Of a DNA stretch of 64,000 nucleotides, positions 1 to 13,860 are shown one piece after another. The stretch covers positions 124,001-188,000 of the forward strand of contig JALDZX010000013.1 in the NCBI GenBank assembly GCA_022813865.1. The letters are read 5' to 3'. The stretch is from Xylographa opegraphella. Its lineage: Eukaryota. Both the position numbers and the translations under genes were made by a program. Each line of letters begins with the position of its first letter. Positions within the stretch are counted from its first letter, which is position 1. Below the pieces are notes generated by a model, which saw only the letters and a list, made by a program, of their open reading frames with translations, searched no databases and had not been told where the DNA came from.

Positions 1-1743
1 TGTCTCGCGTTGCAGGATTCCAATTGATCAGGCGCAGATTCTTATATTCCTGAGTGACAAAGCTATTAATCGATGCTTCCAAGAAACAATGAGTTGGACC
101 GCTGGTCAGTTCATGAAAGCTTGCGAACATCACACCGAAGGGATTCTGGCAAATGTAAATTGCCGGGCGTGTCTGAGGAGATTGCAATCCTGACGTCGTA
201 CTGCTTCACGCAGTTATCATCGATAGTGAAGGACTCGTCATTGCAGTGAACAAGGACACAGAAGCTTCACATATTTTTATTTCTCTTAGCAATGTCTCTT
301 GCTCTGGTTATGTTTTACTGACCATCATTCCTTTATATATTAGGACATCGAAACGGCCCTCTGTGCGTGCCAACGACCAGCAATTTTTATACGCAAAGAT
401 AAGAGGATGGTTCATCGTCGGTCTTGCTCCCTCGACTCCGTCGCCGATGGGTAGTATCTCAAGTCGTGATATCACAAGTTTCGTGGTACAAATGCTCATT
501 CGACTGTTTCGCACCGCTATTTCAGTCAGCTTCAAACCCATGACCTTTGACAGCATCGAACAACAAGACAGGAAGACTTTGCCTAGGTAGCAAAGACCGC
601 ACGATGAGAGTGCTCTCCTCGCCGGATCCACCATGCTCTTGGGTCGAGCTGTCCCTGGCATTTTCCTTCCAGACTTCCTCCTCTGAGATGGGTTACCACA
701 CCAGTACAACACTGCTGGAGCGTATTAAACGGAGCCGCTTACCGTCTTTGTGGGATGGATTCGCTGCGATTCGCTGCAACGAGCCTCGGTCCTTTGCATT
801 CACGACCGAGGGGTATCTCGCTGCCGCCGACGAGCTCGAAGTGAATATTTCAGCCTGTTGCCAAGGATCCTTCTCTTCACGTGAGTTTTGCTGTGGTCCC
901 TCTATCTATCTTCTTCATGCACACAGATCATTCTTATTCACGATTATGCATAACCCTATTATCAGAATTTCAACAACAATAGCTCTTGTCTATTGCTAGC
1001 GTGCGGTTGTATTGTATTGACGAGTTCTGTTTGACATATGAATATCGCTGGACATTGTTCTGGATCAAGTCAGCAAGAATAGGTGACATATTTCGCGATA
1101 TCAAGGCTCCTGTGGACCTCAGCATCGTTGTTGCTATACGCCTCGGCAACGTTGAGAATTAACTAGCTACTTTGGTATTAGGAGCTTGATTAGGGCTACA
1201 TTGTATGCGCCTTGCCCTTAACACTCGTCTCTCATTGGCTGCGAGATCGCAGATATGGGCAATTTCCGCTGATCTGTAGCACAGGAAGTGATATACTTAC
1301 AGGGTTGATTACTAGGATCACTACAAGCATTTGCGATCGATTCAGCGACACTCTGGTCCTCAGTGAGCACATAGGAACTACGAGACACTCTACTCAGGAA
1401 TATTCAGGTTTCACTTCGTTTTTCCAAAGCACTCAGGCTGTGGAGTCCTAAGACGTTCCTTTGCCTCCTCATACTACTTGGCCGAGAAGCTATTATCGAC
1501 GTTCAACAGTACTGTAGTGTGATCTCGATCGCAGGTTGTCTGATATCAGTCTACCCTACAACAGTCCCTAGATCTACACCTTCGCTAGATCCTAACGTCA
1601 AACAACAAATCAACATTTTTCGATTTTCCACGTTCTCACCTCACTTCAGCCCATCCACGAGGTCTTCGATTTAACTCCTGCCTCCTATCAACTGCCGTAT
1701 TCCAGATTGCGTCACGTAAGGCTCGCGTTCCTGGCGTCACAAC

Positions 1744-4700
1744 ATGGATCCAGCTAGATATGAGGAGCCTGACGATCATGGTCACAATTCTCGCAAAACT
1801 CCCTCTGACCTCGATAGCTTTCTAGCGACTATTCCGGACAAGTTTGATGTTTCCGGTGATGACCTTGTTGCTGCTGATACCCAGAACACAACCGATCAAA
1901 ACTCCAAAATTTTGCAAGCCTTTGACAGTGAGTATGGCATTGACCACGCGACGCATGGACGTGTAGTCGCAGAAAGCTCGTCTATGAACCACCAAGGGCT
2001 CTTGAGTCATGATACTGAAAATCAAATCACACAAAGTGTTCTGACACAGAGTGATCCGACGAGTCCAACAGTCGTAAGTCAGCTCAGCACTGCTGATGAG
2101 CCTCAACATCAAAGTGCGCCGCTCAATCAAAGGAATCCTAACAATCTTGAGCAGGATGCTACGTTCAATTCTCGTGTCCCTGCTGCTATGACCCGTTCCT
2201 TGAGTACCTCAGGCTTTTGGCCAGAAACATCAAAACAGCCCAATACTCAGTCAATCCATCATGAACCAACGAACACCCTGAATACCCTTCCACTCAAAAG
2301 GCATTTCAATAGACCCTTAACTTCAAGCCCGTTGGCTCGGGAGATGACAATCATTGCAGAAGGGGTCCAGGCTCCTACAACGTCAAACTATTCCAGAAGT
2401 TCAACTACCGCGATCGCTCGAGGTAATCGGGTGTCAGAGAATCCGTCAGCATCAGAAGATCGGAGGTACAAATTTGCAGCCTCTTCACCATTCTTAGGAT
2501 TTACATTTGATGGTACTGAGCAGGCTGTAAACAGCGTAAGGAAATACGAACCCGAGAATGCTTCTTACATGCATGGAACACTGCCCGACACGCATTTTGG
2601 CCAAGCCAATATTTTCCCGGAACATTCTTTTGAGCCAAGCCCATATGGTTCTGCAGGGCCGTTTGGCGTTCACACTCAATTGAGCCACCCTCTCCCTTAT
2701 GGCGGTCATACACTGTTCGATCAACCTAGCAAGAATTGGCCCCCTGGTCTAGCTGTAACGAATGATGAAGCACAGTCGGAACACACGAATAACAGTCATC
2801 CACTGGTTCACAATCCGCAGAGCCTGTTCATGGGATCCGAGGAGCGCACACCATATTCGGCGACACCACTTACGTATCCACAGTACTATGGTGAGCCAAA
2901 CCACTATGACCCATCTGGTAATTTCCACTTCGAACCAGCACAGACATCGCAGCAGCTAGTGCTGAAGTCAGAACGAGCTATCGAGCATGCCAGCAACAGC
3001 CTCAACTATGGACAGCCTGATCACCGCAATCACTATGTTGGAACCATGCCCACGCCGGGCCTTGCGTTTGGTAACACCTTTATGCAGGCCAACGATGTTC
3101 CTTACTACCTTCCTGGAGTCAGTCGTGGAAGTCGTGCTCCTGTCCTCAAGTTTTCGCGTCTATATGAATTCGAGAATCAGAAAGATATAGCCAATGACGA
3201 TCATGCGTGGATATCCGATGCTACATATCCCCATTCTCCTGGTCAAGAGCAGTTGTATGTCAAGAAAATCATCATGGCTATGAGCGACATGGATTCTGCC
3301 AATGACAATCCCGGCATGCTTGAAATGTGGAGCAAGCTCAAAAAGAACGCGGAGTTACTGGAAACTACAGCCTGGAAGCTCTTGGTGAGCTCTGTGGATA
3401 CGTGATGAAAGGCATTCGCTAATCGTACATCGTTCAAGCGATCGTGCAACAAGTCTCACAAACACATACAGTCGCTTGCGCACCCACCACGTATTCCACA
3501 ACGCCCCCGTGCCTATGCAGACCATATTACTGATATTTGTAAGGCTTTGAGAGTAAGCATGATCGAATATGTCGAAACTGTTTAGGTTGTACTGATTACC
3601 ATACCTTCGTTAGGATGAAAAGACCATCTGCAAACACCTTCTGTCGCCAGATTACGCGGAGTCCTTCGTGGATGATCCTGTCAATGCTGCTAATGTAAGT
3701 CTACCACAACTACAACTGCAATACTGAGCTCATATTTTCCTGAAGCGCGTCAACAACAATAGGAAGGTAAATGGTGGTAAGAAAATGGCGATTGAGAAGG
3801 GCCGTGCAGCAATGTCGCTAGTCAAGGAGACACGAACTTCTGAAGACATCGATCCTGAAGTTTCTACGATGAAGAACGAATACGAACAACCTGGGGAAGG
3901 ATATAGTCGTCAAGCTTCCCAGCAGCTTGTCAACAATGATCTTACTGAAGGCACGATTGGGAGCTACACATCCACAGTGATTCATGGAGACTCTGAAGAT
4001 AAACGAGAGGCAAGCGCTGCGCCAGTCACGCCTGTTCCTCCGGAAAGTTCAACGAAGAAGTCGGCCAAGAAAGGCTTGGGTACGAAGAGGTCTACTTTGA
4101 AGACTCCTTCGCGCAAAAGCACACGCAAGGCCAAGACAGGATCTAAGGACGAGGATGTCGATTCTGATGACGAAGACGAAGACGCTTCCTACGAGCCAAT
4201 CAAAACCCCGAAACGTAAGAGGGGCAATAGAAGTACAAAGTATCCTACAACTCAGCTTGCAGATGGTTCATATGTTATCAAGACCGTAAGCTCGCCTCCA
4301 ACAACTCCTGTGCCTCGTCGTAAGCAGCAAACAACTCTTGAGGCACCAGCCCCCAACCAGAGTATGGCAGCTTTTGGCCGGACCTCATCCAACCTTGATC
4401 AAGCTGACAGCTCTGCACGTGATACCACCTTCAATGCTCCTCAAGATACTGCAGAGATCCGCAGAAGTGACATGCCAGACGATCAGCCAGCTGGAACAGA
4501 GCCTTACCCTTTCATGTTTGGCTATCAGAATCAGAACTCTGCACATCAGCTCCAATCTCACAATGATAGTCTTAATGCGTTTACAGCAGCATCTGACGCC
4601 TACCAGCAGGCTTCACGTGAGTCTGGGGCATGACGAGGAGCATCTCATAGATAAAGCTTTACTGATCCTGGTGTTACAGGTACCGACTTCGTCAATCCAC

Positions 4701-4918
4701 TCAGTCGCCATGACAGCTGGACTTCGCCGTACAGTGGTGGAGCAACTGGCACAACCAGCCAATCCGAGGCAGCTGGTCCCCTGCAAGCTGAGCCGGGGCA
4801 TGGCATACAAGATGAAGGTGAGAACTATCACCTGTCTCTTGGCCGTCGCCGGTTCCGGCGATTCAAGGAACCGCGAATGGATGACGGCTCCGATGTGGAG
4901 GAAACCCAGAAAAAGTAA
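1744..4918 (+). CDS. Fungal hypothetical protein, 5 exons, largely disordered with a central conserved-looking helical segment
   Basis: ORFs 1744-3405 and 3785-4633 are joined by GT-AG introns (approx. 3385-3438, 3553-3613, 3695-3745, 4617-4679) with CTAAT/CTGAT/CTGAG branch points. The spliced frame reads ...RVNNNRKVNGGKK... and ends EETQKK* at 4918. Confidence 0.7.
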
Positions 4919-5745
4919 AAACCAAAAAAAAGACTCCCACATCTGTGGATGAAATTTGCTTTTACGGCCGCGGTCGGCCCACAGATAGAGGCTTTGCAGG
5001 CTCGAATGATCGAATGAGCATGTACAATACTTTGAAGCATAATGACACACTGAGATAACCAGAGGTTCCTCTTTCTTCTGTTTGCTGACGCTTTCTTCCC
5101 GTATATGAACAAATCTTCTGTGTAGTCTAATTTGTATTTGAGGCCCAATGTTCCAATGATCCCTATCTCGCAGCTCTGCTCAACCCGAAACACACGATAC
5201 AACGGTCGTAGGTTTTGGTGGCTTTGTTTTGAGCCAGCCAGAGGAAATTCCAATAGCATGAGCGCTTACGTCCACGACAGGGACGTTTCTAGTTTAAGCC
5301 GGCGTCATAGCCGTCCTATGGGCACTCTAATCACAGCAGAAAAGAAGGGATAAAGCCGACATATGTTGGTTAGTGGAGGGGAGGCTTTGTGATGAGAGTC
5401 TAATGATCCGGATGGAAGATGATCGTAGACACGGAGATGGGCCCCTGGGCTATATCAATGGAATATTTTTAATGTGATTTTTTTTATAAACAAAAGGGAT
5501 TCGACGTCCAAGATCTGGCAAATAGAGGGGATTGTTGAAGGGTGGAGGTCAAGTGATACCTCGTAGACAGGTATGTGCATTCTGAAGCCGCTCCTTCGTT
5601 CTTTCTGCAGCTCGGTGGAATGAGAATCCAAAACTGCTGACTCGATACCCATATGCGCTAGCCTTGGAAGAGCCCGAGGCAGAGTCCATGTACTTTTGTG
5701 CATTAGAAAAACGACAGCACGGACTGGTAGGGTAGAACGGAATAG

Positions 5746-6628
5746 TTATGCCGCCACTTTGATTCCATATTTCGCGTAGTCGAATTGCTCTAACGACTCC
5801 AGAGTCTCTCCCCACCCACCACCGATTTCGCCCGGCCACCCTGGCACAGCCTCTTTTTCCTCCACATCCCCCCTCTCTCCAATCTTCCCAGCCAGAACCA
5901 TTTCCTCTCTCCCCTTGAACTCCTTTGCCAGCCCCGAATGCGGACACCACACCACCCGCATACCCGCTCTCCTGCCCGCTTCAATGCCCGGCACGCTATC
6001 CTCGAACACCAAGCACTCCTCCCTCCTCACCTCTTTCTCCCCTCTCCTTCTCAACCCCACATTCACCATCTCCATCGCCAGCAAATATATATCCGGCGCC
6101 GGCTTGCCCCTCCCCTGCTCTATCCGCTCATCATCCCCCAGAACCCTCTTCTCCGCCTCGAAACAGGCAAACAGCCCTTCCAGATGCGCAGTCTTGAGCC
6201 CGAAGTTCCGCTTGTTCGACGAGGTCGCCAGCGCGAGCTGGACGCCGGCTTCCTCCAGGGCATGGAGGAGGGCCGGCACCCCGGGGAGGGGTTTCGTGGA
6301 GGGGAAATGCTGTTCCTTCAGCGTGGATGACTGGGCCGCGAATTCGGACGGCGAGATAGGGAGCTGGGCCCAGGATTGGAAGATCGCGTCGGCGGAGGGG
6401 CCGGGCCGGCCTTGGAGCTGGGCCTTGATGTGCCAGGGTAGGGGTGGGCGGGAGTAGTTGGCCAGGATGGTGTCGGTGACAAGGCTGTAGATGTCTTCGG
6501 AGTCGATGAGGAGGCCGTCCATGTCGAAGAGACAGGCGCGTATCGGGGGGAAGCTGGATGTGGTCAGCGGGGCGGCGTGGGTGGGTGGCATAGTCGGTGT
6601 CAACATACTCTGGCTTTGGGAGCGCCAT
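5746..6628 (-). CDS. HAD-superfamily phosphatase (HDHD1/GS1-like, pseudouridine-5'-phosphatase family)
   Basis: Motif I FDMDGLL, motif II LATSS, GKPAPDIY and VFEDS. An intron at 6554-6608 (GTATGT..CTGAC..CAG) gives the N-terminus MALPKPDFPPIRACLFD. Confidence 0.9.
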
Positions 6629-6818
6629 GATGTAGGATTAGGCAGGGAGATTTGCGGTGGTATTAATGGGTGTGGGTGCGAGGACTATGCTAGGGAGAAG
6701 AAAAGTTGTTAGGGATTAGGACTAGTCTAGCCCTAAGAACGATTTCGGTTCTAGATATGCAGTACAGCCTCACAAATTCCTGTAGTTCCAAAGTGAATTC
6801 TACTGAAACCTTTTCGAC

Positions 6819-7779
6819 ATGGCCGAAGACGCGTCGAAGAAGGGTCTCAAGGAAAACATCTCACCCGAGACGGCTAAAGTAGAGCGCTTTCCCCCAGAGG
6901 AAGAGGCAGTACGTTTTTGGCGCAAGTCCATTTCAGGTGGGTTTATCAGCAAGCTGATTCTCGCTAGTCCCTACTGGAGCAGTCCAACGCCCAGAAAGCG
7001 GATGCCAATAAGCTCTTCACATCGTCACGATACTCTGAAGCCATCGGCGAGTACGACAAAGCTCTATCTTCATGCCCGAATTACCTGGAGTACGAAATCG
7101 CGGTGTTAAAAAGTAACATCTCTGCCTGCCGCCTCAAGCTAGAAGATTGGAAAGCAGCGGTCGAGTCTGCTACAGCTTCTTTGGACGCCTTGGAAAGGTT
7201 GCAGCCTACGAAAGTGAAGAAAGGCACCGAGCCAAGCGCAGATGGAAAGGATGGTGCTGTTGTGGAAATAGAGGGTGATAGCGAGGATGCGGAGAAGGAG
7301 CTGGCTGAGCTGAAACTGGATGATAAGCGGAAGGTAGACATCAGAAGGATACGAGCCAAAGCGCTGATGCGGAGGGCGAAAGGAAAGCTGGAGCAGGATG
7401 GATGGGGCAATCTAGCGGGCGCTGAGGAGGGTGAGTATTCAGATTGTGTACGTGAGTAAATCATGCTTACTTGGTATAGACTACAAAGAGTTGTCGAAGA
7501 TGCCAGATCTACCGGTACAAGACCAAAAAATTGTGCGAGCAGCTTTGGCTAGTTTACCGTCTAGAATCAATGCTGCGAAGGATAAGGAGATGGGAGAGAT
7601 GATGGGGAAGCTAAAGGAGGTATACAAGCACTGATCAAGCACTCATCCAGGATATGCTGATGGTATTGCAGCTTGGTAATGGAATTTTGAAGCCTTTCGG
7701 ACTATCCACAGATATGTTCAAGATGAACAAGGACCCGTCAACCGGCGGCTACAACATGTCTTTTGACCAGGGCAAATAG
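6819..7779 (+). CDS. Tetratricopeptide repeat protein, TTC1-like
   Basis: 4 exons (introns approx. 6909-6967, 7431-7479, 7620-7671). TPR motifs ([29 protein letters not shown]) and the TTC1-type C-terminus [24 protein letters not shown]. Confidence 0.85.
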
Positions 7780-8410
7780 CCTTGGCCTCGAGCTTAACAA
7801 ATCCGACGATCATGCTCACGAAGATCTATAAGAGCCACCTATCACCTCTTCCGAAGTAATCCGGTCAAGAGCTCAGTGAGTCTCGCATGGGATTGCCCAC
7901 ACACGTTTTGCAGCAGAATCAACCTTCGTCACCACAACATTCCAATCAGCATGAGCCCACGCTGATCTCTTACGGCTCCTCACCTGATAAGAGATTTCTA
8001 GCTCTGTACATCTTCAACTCTGTGTACTGTTTCTGGCTTGTCGTTCCCAGCGTGCGAGCTCCTCCTTCTGCAATTGGCTCGTGGAATGCTCGCTAAGCCC
8101 AGGGCGCCTAACCGTAACCGTCAGACGCTTAGGTCTCGGCTCGATATCGCTTTGGATGTCCTGAAGCTTCCATGCTTATTTGATGCTCTGCCGGCCCAGT
8201 TGCTATAGGTGTTCAGCGCATGCGCTGTTGCTCCTTCTGTTTCTCGTCGACCTTCTATTGAACACTTACTCCGAACTTCGATCGCTGTACACTACCGGTC
8301 GCTTGCGTTCATTCCGATTATGTCGCACAACATAACCTCTTGTGCTACTAGCACTTTCTCGAACTGACGATCCCCCTCACCATCTCTACAGCTCGTCGCT
8401 CCTCACCATC

Positions 8411-8833
8411 ATGATCACAGCCATGACGACCCTCACAACCTACCCCACACAGCGACGCGCTCTCCCCTCCACGAGCAGAAACACCTTTCAGCGGGTCAAC
8501 ACCCCCACCATCCTCTCCGCAATCGCTTACTCGCTGTCGACGATAATACTCTTGCTCTTCTCCACATTGGCCGCTATTCTGCGCCTGCTTTCCACACACT
8601 TCATATTCCCCATACTGTGGGCATGCACAAGAAGTGCGAAACACGGATCTGTGATTGCAGACCGACAGCTCAGGGTGGCTTTCAGGAGGGGATATGAGAA
8701 GGTTGACAAATTTCGGAATGATTGCTTCTGGCATTTCATGGTGTGGCTACTGAACCCGTATGCTATCTGGCTGTTCATTTTCTGGCCCGGCTGGATTGTG
8801 TTGGGTGGGACTTGGTGGTGGTGGATGGGGTAG
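8411..8833 (+). CDS. Small hypothetical membrane protein
   Basis: ATG at 8411 or 8423. Two hydrophobic segments (YSLSTIILLLFSTLAAIL; FMVWLLNPYAIWLFIFWPGWIVLGG). Confidence 0.55.
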   Translation: MITAMTTLTTYPTQRRALPSTSRNTFQRVNTPTILSAIAYSLSTIILLLFSTLAAILRLLSTHFIFPILWACTRSAKHGSVIADRQLRVAFRRGYEKVDKFRNDCFWHFMVWLLNPYAIWLFIFWPGWIVLGGTWWWWMG

Positions 8834-9011
8834 TCCTGGGATTTACAGCACATGAGATTATCTAGCGTTTTGTTCGGTCCGGTTTCGTAAGATGCCTGGG
8901 ACATATAATAGGACTCGGGGTCATCATAAACGGCAAGCTTGCAAGAAATGGAAGAGTGTTGAGGTTTTTGCATATCTTCCAATGCACATCTTCCCCATTC
9001 ATCCGTCCCAC

Positions 9012-10337
9012 TCACGTGAAGAAGAATGCATTCCCCTCCGCGTCCCTGCGCATTCCCCGAGTGTAGTCCTTGGTCGGGTCAAACTCCTCCCACACGCTGG
9101 CCGGGAAGATGTGCTTGTTCCGCTCGTACCAGCGCCGGTCCACCACCTTGGTCAGGTTCGGGTCGTCGCCGTGGCCCTCGAGCCGCGCATCGGCGGGCGT
9201 GACGGCGCCGTTGTTCTTTTTCGCCGGTGCGCTCGGTGGTTCGTAGTCCGAGGGCTCGGTCGGCACGGGAGACGTTGCGGCGGAGCGGGACGGCTGCGCG
9301 GTGTAGTCGAAGAGAGGGGTGGAAGCGGGGCCGAGGGTCTTGTTGATGATGAAGTAGTAGAAGTCGTAATGCTGCGTCGGGGTTGTCAGAGCTCGTTCTG
9401 TCGCCTTGAGTGAAGCGAGAGGGTGTGACTTACGTGCGGCACGATAATCTCCCCCCGCACCAGCATCAGGTCGTCGACGCCGACGCGCGCCCACTCCCGG
9501 CGCACGCTCGCTTTCTCCCCGCCGCTGCTGCTGCCGCCGACGCCGAGCTCGGCGCCGACCTTGCGGCTGCGGTCCAGGAACACCCAGATGTGGTCGCCCT
9601 TCTTGACCTTGCACACCCCGCCTGGGATGTTGGTGCCGTCGTAGAAGACGAACGGGATCACGATCTCCGTCGCTTTGATGTTTTCCTGGAGCAGGAGGAA
9701 TTCCTTGCGCAGCGAGTCGCGCGTTTGCACCTCGCGCAGCAGCGCGGATTTGGTGAGCGCTTTGGGGGCGAGGGGGATGCTCGCGTTGGGGCCGAGGCGG
9801 CGCTTGGGGAGCGGGGCGGAGGAGGGTGGAGGGGATGATGGGCCCGCTGTAGTCTCTGCGTCCGGGGACGAAGGATCGGGGCTCGTGGCTTTCGAGGGCG
9901 GGCTCGCGTGGTACGGATCCTCATCCTCGACCCCAAACGAGAGTTTCTCCTTCAGCGCGTTCTTCCGCTTCTTCATCTTCTTCGCTGGTAGGAGAGGCGG
10001 CGTCGAAGCACTGTGCTTGTCCCAATTAGTCCCATCCCCTCCCCCAAAACGGCCGAAACAAGAGGAAAGCAGGACTTGAGCAGCATTTCTGCAACACTAC
10101 TCACTCGTCGCTCGGGGTCGCAGCGCCGGATCGGCTGCCGGGCGTGAAGCGGCCGAGGCTGCCGCTGGTGGCTTCGCGCTCCTTCTGCTCGAGGGCCTCG
10201 GCGCGCCGTTTGCGGAAGTCGGAGAGGTGCACGAGGCCGACGGTTTGCGCTTTGAGCAGGTCCTCCGCGGTCGAATTTTGCGGGGTGAAGCGGGAGGGGG
10301 GGGAGGCAGGGCGGGAGGTAGGGAGGGAGGGGGGCAT
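9012..10337 (-). CDS. xap5: XAP5/FAM50 family nuclear protein
   Basis: SRFTPQNSTAEDLLKAQTVGLVHLSDFRKRR, IPFVFYDG, VDDLMLVRGEIIVPH|HYDFYYF, TKVVDRRWYERNKHIFPASVWEEFDP. Two GT-AG introns. Confidence 0.93.
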
Positions 10338-12402
10338 GGTGGGGAGGAGGGTTGGGGGATGGAGAGGAGGGGGTGGTCTCTTGGGAGTGTTTGTGGAATG
10401 ATTTTCCCCAGGAGCTTGCTGTTCCTCGTGCAGATTTCTGTTCAGTTGGAGAGCACGAGAGCAATTTGAAGTCGGTTCCGTAAGGTATATATTGACTGGC
10501 TAGTGGGTTCTTAGCGTGTTCGCGTTAAATGTGGTTGGTGGCTGCGACATACTAGTGCTTACTAGCGGTATGGAAACAAACCTCCCTCCTGGAGTGATCT
10601 CTGAAATGCTTTCTTAGTCCCCTACCCCGAGTGATCAGTATTAGAGCACAGATGATATTGATCGGAGTACGTTGTTGAATTCTGCGACGTACCATTTCTG
10701 AGACTCAAGCTATTGATTTTCTGCGGCCCTTTGTGTACATTTCACGGTGACCAGACAACTGCATAATGCATTCCGCGAAAAGTCTTACATTTTTAGCAAA
10801 GCCAGTCGGACGTCTGCATAATACTAATCCTCTTGCCACCCATCACGGTATATCTTTCTTTAGCTAGGTACAGTTGTTGCGGTCGTTGCTACTGTCCGTA
10901 TTTGATGGGCTTGCCTAGCATCACGCTCGAAACCAGCTGAGGTGTCCCAACTGCGGATTCACTCCTTCTCGACCCTCGGGCCCTGAGAATCGTACAGCAG
11001 CAAGCGACACTGAGGCTACCGATGGGCTAAAAAATATATTGTCACGGAGCGCCCGGCGCATTTGTACCCAGAGGATAAGGCCCGACAAGGGACACCGTGC
11101 CTTGATTTGACGCGCAGTGAGATATGTTGTCAGCGCGAGTTGAGCTTGGATTAGAGGAGCTTAAGTTAAAATCTCGGAGCTGAGCCTTTCAAAATTATGG
11201 ATGAAACGATTACTAAATGGTTGCTCGGTCATTAAACACAGTGGAGAGCGCATTCGTCTGACCCGCAACGGGATATCGAAAGAGGCACCAGTTTTAATCC
11301 AGCTATGGATGATGCCCATTCCCACCGTGTGACATAGAGCCAATCCCAGGGAATCGAAGTCACTTTCCGGCATAGAACCCAGCTTAAACTCGGTCGCTCT
11401 TCCATAGCAGGCCCGACGCACGACAGCAAAATGTGCTAAACTATCTGCCGCTGAGAGGCAACTGGGGGACAAGGAAAGTAACAAAGAAGGACATGGGGAA
11501 ATTGGCATGGCGCTAGGTCATAAATCACCAGTTAGTTGATTCATGAGCATACCTCAACAGAAATACGGAGGTAGATGCGTGGTAATAAAAAGGCACCGAG
11601 TACTCGATCTGGAGTTGACTGTTTCTTTAGGTCACGGAAGGCTGTACGGGTCTGAGGATCTGACACCACCTCCAATTTGGCACATTATATATGCGTTTAT
11701 GCCAATATTCCTCAGGTCGGAGACACAGAGTGCTACTGATATCTGACAATACGCAAACTCATACGACAAGTTGACGGCTACTGCCTTAGCAATAATTCTA
11801 CGGAATATTACATAAATATTCCCCGAACATGGCTAAATTACCCGATTCTACCCCCTCTTACCCAATTCTATCTATAGCTAATCTACCCTCTGGATAATGT
11901 ACTGAAAGTCTATCGCGGCCATGAAATGTCGAATAGAGAAAGGTATTTCTTATCAAAAGCTTTGTGTTTAAGACTACAGCATTCATGAAGATCTATGAAA
12001 GTGGGCTCTGACCATTCCAAATGTACGGGTAAACCTTCTGGACTTCTATCCATACAAAGTCCGTGGGACTTTGGCTGTGACCCAAATCTCCCTACTCGCC
12101 TTAGGGCTTCGCTTGTGGATTGTGACAATACGATGTGGGGATTCGAAAAGAATTCTCAGCGGGCATCTTCCTTCATGCAATTCATATCTCTACATGATCT
12201 AGATGACCATCTATGAAGTTCTATCGAGCACCCATGTGAAACAGTATTAGGCAAGTATCTGTTATGCATTGAAATGATATCGTTATTCAGATACCCGGGC
12301 GGCCGGGGCAATCTTGGGGTTGCTCCATCTTTTCAGTCTAAGTTCTTTCCGTCCTCCCCACAGAACCCCATCACTTCTAGTATCAGCCATCGCCCTCGGA
12401 TC

Positions 12403-13860
12403 ATGGATTTTACATTACGATGCAACTCGTTGAAGTGCCGTGCGCAGCTTTCAGAGAGGGCTGTGGTAACTACTTGCAGGTAAGCAAGTTCATTTACTTG
12501 GTTGTGCTTCTCACATCTGTCCCTACGACTGATGCTATGACCAAGTCACATCTTCTGTGTGGCCTGTTCCGAGCAACTTGGTTTGGCCAATCCGGGCGGC
12601 GGGAGACGTCAATGTCCAGCATGCTCGAGTGCTCTTACCAATCCAGACGATGCAGTCTCGACACTGCTCAATCCTACAGAGGACTACAAGACCAGTGTGC
12701 TTAGTGGCATGAGCCCCACCACCATTATGGAGTGTGCTGGTAGGGGCCTGGCATTCTGGAGTTACCAGTCTACTCAGGAAATGTACGTGGCCCTTGCTTT
12801 TGGAAGTTGTCTCCCAGCTGACGACCAACAGTATCTACCAAGAGTACTTGGCAAAGTCATTGACAGACAAGTTTGGCAATGTCAATGCACAGATGGATAA
12901 GATCATCCATGATGCCAATGCCGAGATTGATAGTCTTACTCAGAAGATAACTCGTTCGTAATCTCCAAGTCGATTCGAGGGCTTGAAAAAACTAATGCCA
13001 TATAGAGTTGCACATGGAGCAAGATAATTTGAAAACAGAACACACGAAACTTGCCATTGCATTCCGTGACAAGAGCCGCAAACATCAACAAACCCAAGAG
13101 CTGTATGACCGGCTCAAGCGAAAGGAGATGACAGCAGCGACACAATCTGCAGCTTTCGATTCCGTAGACGAAGCTCTTCAGTCCGTTTCGAATCGTCAAG
13201 ATCCCGAAGGACTGGTGAACCATTTAAATGCCGGAATATCTCCCTTGGGACAACATCAAGACAGATCTAACATTGTTGATGGTTTCAGAGCTTCTCATCG
13301 AAACGATGGTAATGAGAATGCCGCCACCGGACGGATGATGCCACCACCGTTGCAACATTCTAGACCTTCCTTCGAACGTGAAACTTTTCGGCAGCGTAAG
13401 TACTTACTCTGATACCAATAATTCATCCAATCTTACATTTCACAGAAAATGATGTCAGTAATACACCATTTGGCCACCGTATGCGTCTTGGCTCGATGTT
13501 TCTGCCTTCAAGGCAGCATGTCAGTGGATCGAGTCGCGCTACTACGACAAACGCTCCTGCTACATCGCATTCCCAGACTCCATCCCAGCGTCATGGTATG
13601 CTCAACATGAATAGTACAACTGTCAACCGGCCAAGCGTCAGTGGATACGGAATGAGTGCGGGCTTGAAGATTGGCAGACAGCAAGGTACCCAATCTTTGT
13701 TCGAATCGATGACAGCTGTAGAAACAAATGCTGAGTTTCTGCTGAAGGCGCTGGTCTAAACGCTTATGGTCGTGGTACTATTCCTCAATATAGTGGGAAT
13801 ACGTTTGGCAACACCTGCACCCCAAATGGATATGGCAATACTGAAGGCGGGCACCGATAA
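12403..13860 (+). CDS. HEI10: Meiotic RING E3 ligase HEI10/CCNB1IP1
   Basis: MDFTLRCNSLKCR..AVVTTCSHIFCVAC..CPAC RING finger, LNPTEDYKTSVLSG, LAFWSYQ, then coiled coil. About 6 exons with GT-AG introns; last exon inferred. Confidence 0.9.

Noticed and set aside
1..1000. Overlapping ORFs 246-590, 308-712 and 547-999; possible spliced minus-strand gene starting near 919
   Set aside because: No recognisable motif, and trial splicing ran into stops. No model can be supported.
5455..5748. TAA-CTA stop context of the HAD gene with an in-frame downstream ORF (readthrough?)
   Set aside because: Efficient readthrough is associated mainly with TGA-CTA, and the extension has no PTS1 or other recognisable signal.
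10500..12300. Short ORFs in the 2-kb XAP5-HEI10 gap; possible decayed gene or transposon
   Set aside because: No transposase/RT motifs, terminal repeats or coherent frame seen.
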